A DNA stretch of 64,000 bases, taken from contig JAMCSY010000004.1 of the NCBI GenBank assembly GCA_023379125.1, positions 122,588 through 186,587 on the forward strand. The letters run 5' to 3'. The DNA comes from Patescibacteria group bacterium. Its GTDB lineage: Bacteria; Patescibacteriota; Microgenomatia; Daviesbacterales; UBA10151. The position numbers and the translations under genes were made by a program. This document shows positions 27,370-36,631 of this stretch, piece after piece. The number at the start of each line of letters is the position of its first letter. Position 1 is the stretch's first letter. The notes beneath the pieces are model-generated. The model worked only from the letters and a program-made list of their open reading frames with translations, was not told the origin of the DNA and did no database searches.

Positions 27370-28332
27370 ATGATGTCAGCTAGCAAACAATCCCTACCTT
27401 TTATTGCCCCAACTCCTGGTAAGCCAGCTTATCAATATCGAGACGACATTCCGCGAGTTCGTAGTTTCTCTTTAGGTGATTTTCATGATTTTGACCGTTG
27501 TGTCTTTCGATTTTTTGTTAACCACCACTTAGAAAAGAAGTATGAATTGGCAGAGGGTAATGTTAACCAAGCAATCGGTAGCTTGCTTGATTTGGCAATC
27601 AAAAAAGTTCACCAGACCAAAGCCTATGATCAACCAATTGAATATTTAGAAAACCTAGTTAAGGCTGCTGAAACAGAGATGAGAACTGATGTTTTGCAGC
27701 GCGGTAGAAATTCCTTTTATGGAGCGCAAATTGATTTTTTAACTGAAGAAACATCTCAAAAAGCCAAGGAAGTTTTTAAAAAGTATTATCAAGGCCTCAT
27801 AGGTAAATACCAACCTTTGGTTTTAACCCCCACTACCAAAAAACTTAGACCTTTTTGGAAAGTGGTGATAAAGGAAGAAAAGCCAGTCCAGCTATGGGGT
27901 GGTCCAGATGCTATTGAACGTGGGGGAGATGGCATACCAGAAGTGGTGGATTATAAATATATGGAAGATTTACAAAAAGGAGTGGGAAATTTAGATATGG
28001 ATTTAATGCCCAAAATCTACATTTTACTGACAGCTCAGGAGTTGCTTGAGGTAGGTTTTGCTAAAGCCCGTTTTGTAGTTCGATTGTGGCAAGACCCGGG
28101 TAACAATTCTTACTATGAAGAATTTAATTTAAATAATAAGCAATTTTTAGAAGACTTTTTTCAGGAAAAAATCGATAAAATTTTACGCACAACCTCTTTG
28201 ACCTTTTGTGATAAAGATTTTTGTCCAGCCTGTAAATCACCACATCGTCAACAATGGATTGCCCAGTTAAAATTAAAGGGTTGGATTACAGATAGTGGTG
28301 AGGAAGAAGCTAGCGAAGATCTGCCTTTTTAG
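27370..28332 (+). CDS. Cas4/RecB-family (DUF83-like) PD-(D/E)xK exonuclease with a 4-Cys Fe-S cluster. It is stand-alone, with no cas genes nearby.
   Basis: Motifs GGPDAIE ... EVVDYKY (motifs II and III). There is an N-terminal Cys (DRCVF) plus C-terminal CDKDFCPAC (Cx4Cx2C). Confidence 0.55.
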   Translation: MMSASKQSLPFIAPTPGKPAYQYRDDIPRVRSFSLGDFHDFDRCVFRFFVNHHLEKKYELAEGNVNQAIGSLLDLAIKKVHQTKAYDQPIEYLENLVKAAETEMRTDVLQRGRNSFYGAQIDFLTEETSQKAKEVFKKYYQGLIGKYQPLVLTPTTKKLRPFWKVVIKEEKPVQLWGGPDAIERGGDGIPEVVDYKYMEDLQKGVGNLDMDLMPKIYILLTAQELLEVGFAKARFVVRLWQDPGNNSYYEEFNLNNKQFLEDFFQEKIDKILRTTSLTFCDKDFCPACKSPHRQQWIAQLKLKGWITDSGEEEASEDLPF

Positions 28333-28900
28333 ACTCACTATGAACAAGAGGTACTTCAGCTAGGGTATTATGACGATGGAAACCTTCTTCTGGGATTGAT
28401 TCAAACAATTTAATGGCATCAATTTGAATTGGCTCAAATTCTTCCATCATCATTTTTTGAAATTCACCTTCCTGCACCTCGTTAAGATGATAGTTACTAT
28501 TTAGTTTGGCGACAGCAATATGTGGAATATAACGCCTTTCATCAACCTCCAATCCTAAATCAACTAACCCATCTTTGACTCTTTCTCTGACTACAAACAG
28601 TTTATCGATGTCACCTTTAACTCCTACCCAAATAGTGTGAGGGTGATGCAAGTTAGGAAAACCATCTAGATAAGCTGGAGTTACTTCGAAGGGAGGGATA
28701 TCTTGGACTGACTTTTTGATTACTTCTACCAAACTAGATTGCATCTTATCAGCTTGTTCTCCGACAAAAGCAATGGTGAGGTGTAATTTTTCTGGGTCAG
28801 TCAAACGGGCCTCAGGTGCTAACTTTTTGATTTCTGATTGCACCACTTGGAGTTGCTTTTGGGAATACTCGGGAATTTCTAAGGCAATGAAGAAACGCAT
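28310..28900 (-). CDS. 2H phosphoesterase (LigT/ThpR-like 2'-5' RNA ligase family).
   Basis: Two HxT/SxH-type motifs, LHLTIAF and PHIAVAKL, in a protein of about 190 aa. Confidence 0.55.
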   Translation of the reverse strand: MRFFIALEIPEYSQKQLQVVQSEIKKLAPEARLTDPEKLHLTIAFVGEQADKMQSSLVEVIKKSVQDIPPFEVTPAYLDGFPNLHHPHTIWVGVKGDIDKLFVVRERVKDGLVDLGLEVDERRYIPHIAVAKLNSNYHLNEVQEGEFQKMMMEEFEPIQIDAIKLFESIPEEGFHRHNTLAEVPLVHSESKKADLR

Positions 28901-28923
28901 CTAGGTTAAATTATACAACGTCA

Positions 28924-30786
28924 CTATTTTGTGCCAACTAGATAAACAGCTTGCCAGGGACGATAGTTGGATTTCCAGGTTTCTGAAATAAGTGTATCGC
29001 CATTTCTGGTGACTGTACGCGAGAAAGAAACATTGGCTCCCCAAGCAGCCCAATCAACCTGTTTAACCTCTCCTACAGGCAATGTTGGGTCATCTTGTCG
29101 CAGATCTGGAGGAGGAGGGGTTTGATTGGTGATTTTGGGTTTAGTCATGCTTACTTGGCGTCCATCGGCAGTCCCATACAAATCAAAATAGAGTGTATGG
29201 CCAACAACACGAGATTGGATGAGAATATAAGCAGCAGTATCGTTTTTAAATTTTAAATCAACAGTGGGGGCAAAGACAGTAGCGTCTAATCCGGGAGGAA
29301 AACCTTGTTCGTAATAACCGACTCGGTAAGCATGAGCAGTGCGGTCTGTAATGGGTAATCCAGCATTAAGTAAAGCGCGGAAAAGTGTGGTAGAAACCTG
29401 ACAAACTCCACCACCATCATCTAAAACAGTTCGCCCTGACTTGATGACATAAGCAGGTTTATAGCCCGTGCTGCCATCGATTTCACCAACTGTTTGGTTA
29501 AAAGAAAAAGTGTCACCTGGAGCAACTAAAACTCCATTAACCCGACTAGCTGCTAGAGTTAAGTTATAAATACGATTAGTAATTGATCCAGCAAAATTAG
29601 AAACGCCTTCTCCTAGGAGATCTTTAATACCTAAATCATTCACACTGGCAGTGGTAACTTTTGGTGGGCTGACTTTAACTGGTAAGTTGATGTTGCTATT
29701 CTCACCAGTGGTTAAAGCTTGCATGATTAAATTGGCAGTTTGGTCAATATCTAGCTGATGCCCTTCTTGAGCTGCTTGAAATTCAGTAGCTCTGCCAGTT
29801 GCTGGATCATAAGTAAATTTAGCATCTTTGGCAGGTTGGTTAATCTGAGTAGAGACTTTTTGTAGGTAGGTAGCAAGTTTGCTTTTATCTAGACTAGTGG
29901 TTTGGTTGTTTAAAGTGTTATTGCCAGTATTAGCTTGTTCAATAGTAAAAATTTGTGAGCCAATGGTGATAGTAGCTAGAACTGGAGGTTTGCCTGATAA
30001 ATCAAGTAAAGAATAGAGGGTTGGTTGATCAATAGTCCAAGTACTATTTTGGTAATGGAGTTTGATGGGTTTATCCTTAACCTCAGTTAAGATTTGGCGA
30101 TAACTTTCAGCTTTGGCAGTAGAAATGTTTGGTTGGGCTATTTTAGTAGGTAAAGTTTCTGGGGTAGTCTGTTGTAGGGTTAAATAATTACTAATTTGCC
30201 GCAGCAGCAGAGGCTGGTCTAATTCTGAGCCTGTCTGAGAGGGAATAATCTGCATTTGGTCTTGATCAAACTTGATAATAGCATCAACGGGATCAGTTTT
30301 AATCGCTTGATTAATAGTTGTTAGCTGGTCAATTAATTTTTGCTGATTAGCAAAAATTATGTTTGGTTGGAAATTATATTGTCCTTCTAGAGCCTTGAAA
30401 GTTTCGATTAAATCAAGAAAATAGTTGCCTGTTCGGCCAATCTGAAAAGCCTGGTCTACTTGTGATGATAAATCCCAGGATGGAGAGGCTTCGTAGGTGT
30501 TAATCTTGATGCTAAAAGAGTCACTGCTTGTATGGTAATTAAGCTCTAATGGTTGATTAACTCGATTAGTAAACTGTTGATCTAAAAGGCTAATTGCTTG
30601 GTTAGGAGTTTGTCCACCTAGGTTTTGGCCAGCTACTTTCACACCAGGATAGATTTGGCCATGGTAATAGGCTAAACCAAGAGTATATAAAAAGATTAAC
30701 AAGATTAAAAAAAGCAGGCTAGAAATAAGTAAAATTCGCGCAAGCAACCAAGATTGATGTTTGTGGTGGGTTTTTGCTTTAGCCAT
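28924..30786 (-). CDS. VanW-domain membrane-anchored protein.
   Basis: N-terminal TM segment. C-terminal VanW signature DGGGVCQVSTTLFRALLNAGL. Confidence 0.7.
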   Translation of the reverse strand: MAKAKTHHKHQSWLLARILLISSLLFLILLIFLYTLGLAYYHGQIYPGVKVAGQNLGGQTPNQAISLLDQQFTNRVNQPLELNYHTSSDSFSIKINTYEASPSWDLSSQVDQAFQIGRTGNYFLDLIETFKALEGQYNFQPNIIFANQQKLIDQLTTINQAIKTDPVDAIIKFDQDQMQIIPSQTGSELDQPLLLRQISNYLTLQQTTPETLPTKIAQPNISTAKAESYRQILTEVKDKPIKLHYQNSTWTIDQPTLYSLLDLSGKPPVLATITIGSQIFTIEQANTGNNTLNNQTTSLDKSKLATYLQKVSTQINQPAKDAKFTYDPATGRATEFQAAQEGHQLDIDQTANLIMQALTTGENSNINLPVKVSPPKVTTASVNDLGIKDLLGEGVSNFAGSITNRIYNLTLAASRVNGVLVAPGDTFSFNQTVGEIDGSTGYKPAYVIKSGRTVLDDGGGVCQVSTTLFRALLNAGLPITDRTAHAYRVGYYEQGFPPGLDATVFAPTVDLKFKNDTAAYILIQSRVVGHTLYFDLYGTADGRQVSMTKPKITNQTPPPPDLRQDDPTLPVGEVKQVDWAAWGANVSFSRTVTRNGDTLISETWKSNYRPWQAVYLVGTK

Positions 30787-30877
30787 AATAATTGATTGAG
30801 CTAATTGTAAACAGTTTGTCTTATGCTAGCAAGGTTTCTTGCTGGTTTATGATGTTGAAAACTAAACGGCAATCTGT

Positions 30878-32164
30878 TTATCGATTAACCAGCGGTAGTC
30901 TAGTTTTGTAACTTGGGCTACATATCCATGTTTGGTTTGACCATTGAGCGGTATGGTTTTGATCATAATAGCTTCCTCCAAACCTCATTACCTCGCCGGT
31001 GAGGGAATTCATTGCTGCTGCTGGACGCCCCATCGCTTGTGGGTTAGCAGCTGAAGCTATTTTGAGCCACATTTGGGAATCCTCGTCATACTCAACAGAT
31101 TCGTTGTAGGGAGGATAGAGGATGAATGTAGGCTCTCCTGAGTGTAACACTAACTGTCTTCTCTTAATGTCGTAACCACCTCTAACTGCCCCCGCATAAT
31201 CGACTCTGGGGTTACTGGATAGCGTGCTTATAATATTGGTTTCATCAAGATGGATTTGCCATAACTCATTTGAGTAAATACCGCTACCATCTCCCCGATC
31301 GTAACCTTCACCCCCATAGAGGTAAATATTTTGATCTTCCGGTTTCACATAAGCCAGAGGTTCAAAAACAGCGCGATAGGTTTCACCATTACTATAGCCT
31401 CGGCCAAGAATGTACCAATTTTTGCTGTAGTAATTATTAGGAAGTAACAGACAGTAAGTATTATTCCCTAAAGTCACATCTTTGCCAAATGCCCCGCCGA
31501 ATATCCAAACTGATTTTGTTTCCGGATGGTAAGTCATACCTATACCCTGCAAAGCTGGTTTGTCCTGAGGATAGTAACAGTCGGGTATAATTTCCTGCCA
31601 ATGGTTTGTTTTGTTATCAAAGAGATAAAACTTATCTGAAATATCAAAGTCACCCTTAGGTTGTAGGATCACTCCGCCGTAGATTAATAACCCCAAAGGA
31701 GTTTCGACCATTTTATGGCCATGTAAACTCAAAGTCGATCCTTCTTCAAGTTGCTGCCAATGATTTTCTTTAAATTCCCAAGTTTGGCTGTGGTTTGCTC
31801 CATATGCATAACCTCCATGTAAAATAAAGCTCCCTCTTTCCTGGCTGAAACAACAAGCTGAGCGATAGGCGGGAGGAGGTGCGCAGGGGGTTTCTACCTG
31901 ACGCCAAAAACGGCTATCGGTAGTTTTTTCTGGTAAGTGACCAAACTCGGTAACACTTTCCGTCTGAGGATTAGTAGCATCTTTTTTAATTATCAAATCT
32001 CCAGGAAAAACAATTGGCGAAGCAGTTGACTCTGGAGAGTGAATAGAAAATGGCTGTGGCATAAATATACTGCCAGCAGCAAGACCAGCTGTTTTGACAA
32101 AACTTCTTCGGCTAATTTTTGGAATCTCTTTGTCAACGCGGTCTTCGCTCATTAAGTTTATCAA
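30878..32164 (-). CDS. Secreted Kelch-repeat beta-propeller protein with a Tat-like signal.
   Basis: The N-terminus ISRRSFVKTAGLAAG resembles the S/T-RRxFLK Tat motif. Repeated GG/Y..GG Kelch-like blades. Confidence 0.55.
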   Translation of the reverse strand: MINLMSEDRVDKEIPKISRRSFVKTAGLAAGSIFMPQPFSIHSPESTASPIVFPGDLIIKKDATNPQTESVTEFGHLPEKTTDSRFWRQVETPCAPPPAYRSACCFSQERGSFILHGGYAYGANHSQTWEFKENHWQQLEEGSTLSLHGHKMVETPLGLLIYGGVILQPKGDFDISDKFYLFDNKTNHWQEIIPDCYYPQDKPALQGIGMTYHPETKSVWIFGGAFGKDVTLGNNTYCLLLPNNYYSKNWYILGRGYSNGETYRAVFEPLAYVKPEDQNIYLYGGEGYDRGDGSGIYSNELWQIHLDETNIISTLSSNPRVDYAGAVRGGYDIKRRQLVLHSGEPTFILYPPYNESVEYDEDSQMWLKIASAANPQAMGRPAAAMNSLTGEVMRFGGSYYDQNHTAQWSNQTWICSPSYKTRLPLVNR

Positions 32165-33123
32165 TAAGGAACGCAGTTGTAGTAATTTTCATTAGGAATA
32201 AGGGGTAAATTCATGTTAACTGAGGATTGTACGTTGTTTAGAGTAATAGTATGAGTATTGTAGCTTTCGTGAATTTTATAACCAGACAAAGCAGTATAAC
32301 TTGGTGTAATGGTTAAACCTACTTGGGGGTCAATAACTTTAGTCAAACTATAGTGACCGTTGCTGTCAGTAGTGACTGTGGCATAGTTATAAATGTTTCC
32401 GGGGTCCTTTTCAAAACTAACAGGTACACCGGCGATACCTTGCTCATTTGGTTCTTGCACATCATTACAATTATAATCTTTAAAAACCTGCCCGCTGATT
32501 GTTACCACTGTCCCCATTGGTACAGTAACTGTTTTGGAGCATGTTGGGGTAAGGGTTCCGTCGGACAATTTTAGTTGGAGCTTAGTGCTGAAGTTGCCGT
32601 TACTGGGATAGGTGTGAGCAATGTTGGTATTGGAAAGGGACATCTCGGTATCCCAGGTGCCGTTGCCGTCAAAATCCCATTGTGCGCCAGTCACATATTG
32701 GTTGTTATGAGTAGCGGCAGAATAGACTAACTCGATAGTCAAAGGGTTGTCAAAATTGGAATTGGTGTCCATTGGCGTAGCTAATGTGTTGATGGTACAG
32801 GTGGCGCTGGGAGTTGGAGTGGGAGTCAAAGTCGGAGTGGCTTTGGGTGTAGGTGTGGCAGTGGGCTTTTTAATTGTGGTAGGAGTAGGCTGTTGGGTAG
32901 GTAAAAGGGTTTTTGGCAAAGTAGGGCTTGGTGACAAGATTGCTAAATTTAGGCTCTCCTGAGTAGCATCTGAAACAGCCTCCAAATTATTGCTCAGAGT
33001 TGATTGGTGATAAAAATAATACCCTAATCCTCCTCCGACAAAAATAACCACAGTGCTAACTAATAGCAGTAATAGTGGTGCAAAACCAAGTTGTCTCATC
33101 GAATTTCTTAATTTATCTAGCAA
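32161..33123 (-). CDS. Secreted protein with a PT-rich linker and Cna-B/SdrD-B-like beta domains.
   Basis: Signal anchor, (PT)n linker, and motif GQVFKDYNCNDVQEPNEQGIAGVPVSF...TDSNGHYSL. A 4-nt overlap with the Kelch gene suggests an operon. Confidence 0.5.
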   Translation of the reverse strand: MLDKLRNSMRQLGFAPLLLLLVSTVVIFVGGGLGYYFYHQSTLSNNLEAVSDATQESLNLAILSPSPTLPKTLLPTQQPTPTTIKKPTATPTPKATPTLTPTPTPSATCTINTLATPMDTNSNFDNPLTIELVYSAATHNNQYVTGAQWDFDGNGTWDTEMSLSNTNIAHTYPSNGNFSTKLQLKLSDGTLTPTCSKTVTVPMGTVVTISGQVFKDYNCNDVQEPNEQGIAGVPVSFEKDPGNIYNYATVTTDSNGHYSLTKVIDPQVGLTITPSYTALSGYKIHESYNTHTITLNNVQSSVNMNLPLIPNENYYNCVPY

Positions 33124-33137
33124 TAATAGTGTAGCAA

Positions 33138-34499
33138 TTGTCCTGCATTACCTCAAGTTGGTATATAATTAAAATTGTGGGAAAGATTGTGGCCATTGTT
33201 ATAATAGTAGCTGTTGCCTTAGGGGTGGTTTTTTGGAAGTTTGGCTGGCCCTATTTAACAGGCGCAAGTCAGCCCAAGGAAGTAACTTTAACTTATTGGG
33301 GTTTGTATGACGATGAGGCAATCGTCAAACCGCTACTTGATGATTATCATCTGTCCCATCCTAATGTGCGAGTCAATTATGTTAAACAATCACTGACTAA
33401 CTATCGCTCCAGGTTACAAACTCAATTACAGGCAGGAACTGGGCCAGATTTATTTTGGACCAATAATGCTTGGTTACCAATGATGATTTATGATAGTGCG
33501 CCTCTTCCCAGTAGTGTGATGTCTCTGGGGGATTTTAGTAAAACTTTCTATCCTGCAGCTAAAGCGAGCTTAACTAATCAAAATCAAATTTATGGTTTAC
33601 CTTTAGAGATTGATGGGTTGGCACTATACTACAATGAGGATTTGCTAAAAGGGGTGAATGTATCTCCTCCCACTTCTTGGACAGATTTTGTTAATGATGC
33701 TAAAAAGATGACAGTGCCAGATCAATATGGTCAAATTCAAACTTCTGGGGCAGCGATGGGAACAGCCACTAATGTTGCTCATTGGTCAGAAATTGTGGCG
33801 ATGCTTTTTATGCAGCAACCCTCGGCTGATTTAAGCAAACCAGATAATAGTTATGGTGGAGATGTGCTGAGGTTTTATACTAATTTTGTGACTAATCCTC
33901 AAGATAAGACTTGGGATGTCACACTTCCTTCATCCTTACAGATGTTTGAGCAAGGCAGGTTAGCTTTTTATTTTGGAACTGCCAGGGAAGCAACAATGAT
34001 CAAACAAGCCAATCCTAATCTACATTTTAAGGTGGCTACTGTACCTGTTCTACCTCAGAGTAAACAAGTCTCATATGCTGACTTTTGGGCAGTTGCTGTT
34101 TCTAACCGCTCAGCCAACCAGGCAGCTGCTTGGGATTTTGCCAATTATTTAACCTCACCGCGTGCTCAACAGTTACTAGCTCAAGAAAAAACTCAAGCTG
34201 GTGGATTTGGACAACCCTATCCACGAGTAGACATGGCAGGTTTACTAGCAAGTGACCCATTTTTGAACCCCTTTGTTGTGCAGGGACCAAACTATCAAAG
34301 TTGGTATTTAAATTCAGATACCCAAGACGCTGCGATTAATGATGAGATTGTGGCACTTTATGCCAAAGCTGTGCAAAGTGTTTTAGGTGGTGGTAATCCA
34401 CAAGATAGTCTGCACAATATTAGCGGAGATTTAACTAAAACAATCGATAAATATTTCCATCTTGGAGTGACTCCTGTGGAAAGTAATACTATATTCTAA
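33138..34499 (+). CDS. ABC transporter substrate-binding protein (family 1, sugar-type). No permease or ATPase gene is adjacent.
   Basis: Signal anchor, then TLTYWGLYDDEAI and SBP_bac_1-like motifs. The start is uncertain: TTG at 33138 or GTG at 33177. Confidence 0.65.
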   Translation: MSCITSSWYIIKIVGKIVAIVIIVAVALGVVFWKFGWPYLTGASQPKEVTLTYWGLYDDEAIVKPLLDDYHLSHPNVRVNYVKQSLTNYRSRLQTQLQAGTGPDLFWTNNAWLPMMIYDSAPLPSSVMSLGDFSKTFYPAAKASLTNQNQIYGLPLEIDGLALYYNEDLLKGVNVSPPTSWTDFVNDAKKMTVPDQYGQIQTSGAAMGTATNVAHWSEIVAMLFMQQPSADLSKPDNSYGGDVLRFYTNFVTNPQDKTWDVTLPSSLQMFEQGRLAFYFGTAREATMIKQANPNLHFKVATVPVLPQSKQVSYADFWAVAVSNRSANQAAAWDFANYLTSPRAQQLLAQEKTQAGGFGQPYPRVDMAGLLASDPFLNPFVVQGPNYQSWYLNSDTQDAAINDEIVALYAKAVQSVLGGGNPQDSLHNISGDLTKTIDKYFHLGVTPVESNTIF

Positions 34500-35427
34500 G
34501 CGCTGGTAAGTTTACCAGTTGCACTTCTGGCTCAAGTTTAATACCAAATTTGTCCCATACTTTTTGCTGAGCAAGTTGGGCTAATTGATAAAAATCAAAG
34601 GCACTCCCGTTTCCTAAATTGATAAATAAATTAGCGTGGTTAGGAGAGACCTGGATTTGGCCAACTTGAGCTTCTTTTAAACCAGCTGTTTCTAGTAGAA
34701 AACCGGCAGGAATTTTGCCAAAAGTTATTTTTTCTGAAGGGATTTTTCTAAGAATAGTTGGATCTAAATCCTGAGCGATAACATTTTTGAAAAAACTGCC
34801 AGGGCATTTAAGGGTTGGCGGATATTTTGCGAGTCTTAAAGCCAATGTTTCTGCAGCCTCTTTTTTAAGAATTGAGGCATCAGCAGTGGGAAGTTGGAAA
34901 ACTGCTTCTAAGATAATTAAAGATTGATGTTTAAAAGCACTATCACGATAACCAAACTTACATCTTTTTGTATCCCAGGTCTCTTGCTTATTCGTTTTGC
35001 TATTAAAAAAGGTCACTTCTACTAAGTAATCTGAGATGGTTTGCCCATATGCACCAGCATTACCATAAATGGCTCCGCCAACAGTGCCAGGGATACCTGT
35101 CATTTTCTGTAAACCAGCAACCCCCTGTTTGATAGTAAAATCAATTAGCTCTTGTAAAGCAGTGCCGCTTTGGACAAGTATCTTTTTTTGCTGATTTTTG
35201 ATGCCAGATAAGGCATTTTTAATAATTAGTCCGGGATAACCCTCATCGGCAATTAGCAGGTTACTTCCGCCGCCAACTACTAAAAATGAAATTTTTTGAT
35301 CCTTAGTTGATCTGATGGCGTTGGTTAACTCCTGAGCAGTCTTGGCCACGAAGAAATATTGAGCAGATCCACCAATCTGTAAGGTGGTAAAGTTTTTTAA
35401 AGGAATATTCTTTTGCCAGTTACTCAT
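34489..35427 (-). CDS. murB: UDP-N-acetylenolpyruvoylglucosamine reductase.
   Basis: FAD-binding N-terminus FTTLQIGGSAQYF...VVGGGSNLL and a MurB C-terminal domain. Confidence 0.85.
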   Translation of the reverse strand: MSNWQKNIPLKNFTTLQIGGSAQYFFVAKTAQELTNAIRSTKDQKISFLVVGGGSNLLIADEGYPGLIIKNALSGIKNQQKKILVQSGTALQELIDFTIKQGVAGLQKMTGIPGTVGGAIYGNAGAYGQTISDYLVEVTFFNSKTNKQETWDTKRCKFGYRDSAFKHQSLIILEAVFQLPTADASILKKEAAETLALRLAKYPPTLKCPGSFFKNVIAQDLDPTILRKIPSEKITFGKIPAGFLLETAGLKEAQVGQIQVSPNHANLFINLGNGSAFDFYQLAQLAQQKVWDKFGIKLEPEVQLVNLPALRI

Positions 35428-35445
35428 TGAGAAAATTATACGCTC

Positions 35446-35475
35446 TTGACAAGAAGCTAGAAATATTCTTAAAAT
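35446..35475 (+). promoter_or_regulatory. Putative sigma70 promoter for the groES operon.
   Basis: TTGACA at 35446-35451, an 18-nt spacer, then TAAAAT at 35470-35475. No CIRCE element is present here. Confidence 0.35.
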
Positions 35476-35520
35476 AGCAAACGTTAAAGCTTACTGCCAG
35501 AAACTGCTTCAGAAAAAAAT

Positions 35521-35859
35521 ATGCCAAGACCGAAAAAAATTGCTACCAATAAACCAACTGCTACTTCCAAGCTTTCTATTAGACCATTAATGGGCTATTG
35601 CTTAATTGATCCTGCGAGTGCTGAAGAGACAACAGCTTCTGGGATTATCTTGCCAGAGTCTGCTCAGGAAAAACCAGCAATGGGGACTGTTATCTCGGTG
35701 GGTGATGACCAAGTGCTGGAAAATGGCAAAGTAGTCAAAGCTCCGGTTAAAATTGGTGATAAAGTTTATTTTAAAAAATGGGGCGGAGATGAGATAAAAG
35801 TAGCAGGCAGGGAATTAAAATTAGTCAAATTTGATGATTTAATGGCAATTGTGGAGTAA
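35521..35859 (+). CDS. groES: Co-chaperonin GroES.
   Basis: IRPLMGYCLIDPASAEETTASGIILPESA matches the GroES core. An N-terminal basic extension is possible, or the start is internal. Confidence 0.85.
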   Translation: MPRPKKIATNKPTATSKLSIRPLMGYCLIDPASAEETTASGIILPESAQEKPAMGTVISVGDDQVLENGKVVKAPVKIGDKVYFKKWGGDEIKVAGRELKLVKFDDLMAIVE

Positions 35860-35861
35860 AA

Positions 35862-36170
35862 ATGAAATTGGATTGGGTACCAGTGGTAGGATCGCTGCTG
35901 GCCGGAACGAATAACATTGAAGGAAAATTAGCTGTTTTATATGATGAGCGGGAACTACTATGGGATGAGATTTATGATGCAGCTAGAAGGCAAGTGGCTG
36001 GTAGGCGTGTGGGAAAAAGTTTTGCCAGACGTTTGAATGTTGAGTATCTAGGAGTCTTGAAACTAATTGCAGATTTGGAAGGCAATGATGGAGAAATATT
36101 TTATCTAAGAGGGTTGGAAAGAGTTCTTAATGAAGGGGTAACGAAAGCTCCTTTCCGAGAAAGAGAATAA
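35862..36170 (+). CDS. Hypothetical 102-aa protein inserted between groES and groEL.
   Basis: It starts 2 nt after the groES stop, which suggests translational coupling. No family is recognised. It is Arg/Glu/Gly-rich. Confidence 0.5.
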   Translation: MKLDWVPVVGSLLAGTNNIEGKLAVLYDERELLWDEIYDAARRQVAGRRVGKSFARRLNVEYLGVLKLIADLEGNDGEIFYLRGLERVLNEGVTKAPFRERE

Positions 36171-36222
36171 TCTGCTTGATTTTTAAGAAAAATTAGGATA
36201 TATAGTTAAAACTAAAAAATAT

Positions 36223-36567
36223 ATGTCAAAAGAACAAGAGCAATTTCGACCAAGAGAAGAAACCGATAGAGTGGTGAGAGCTGCTCAGAATTATTTAGCA
36301 TTCTCAGAAATTTTTAGTGGTGGACGATTACGTGTTAATCGTATTCGACAGGCACAGGATCCGACCACGATGATTGGAGAGCTGATGAGCGGAGATGGAA
36401 GTGATCGAGCTGATTTGGTAGTAGCAGCTGGTTTTGCTTTCAGCTTAGGTGTGCTTGAAGCAATAAAGTATACTCAGGGTAAAGATAGCTCAATTGTGGA
36501 AGGATATTTGGAAAGAGGAAGAGAAATAGTCAGAATAGCAGAAGAAATTATGAGGAGGGATATCTAA
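36223..36567 (+). CDS. Hypothetical 114-aa protein inserted between groES and groEL.
   Basis: Second orphan ORF in the groES-groEL gap. No family is recognised. Confidence 0.5.
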   Translation: MSKEQEQFRPREETDRVVRAAQNYLAFSEIFSGGRLRVNRIRQAQDPTTMIGELMSGDGSDRADLVVAAGFAFSLGVLEAIKYTQGKDSSIVEGYLERGREIVRIAEEIMRRDI

Positions 36568-36631
36568 AGTGTCAAAAATTTTAAGCAAAGCTTGAAATTT
36601 TTATCAAAAAAGTTGATATAAGGAAAATTGT

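Noticed and set aside
35428-35520. CIRCE operator upstream of groES.
   Set aside because: No TTAGCACTC-N9-GAGTGCTAA-like palindrome is present there. Only a sigma70-like -35/-10 is seen.
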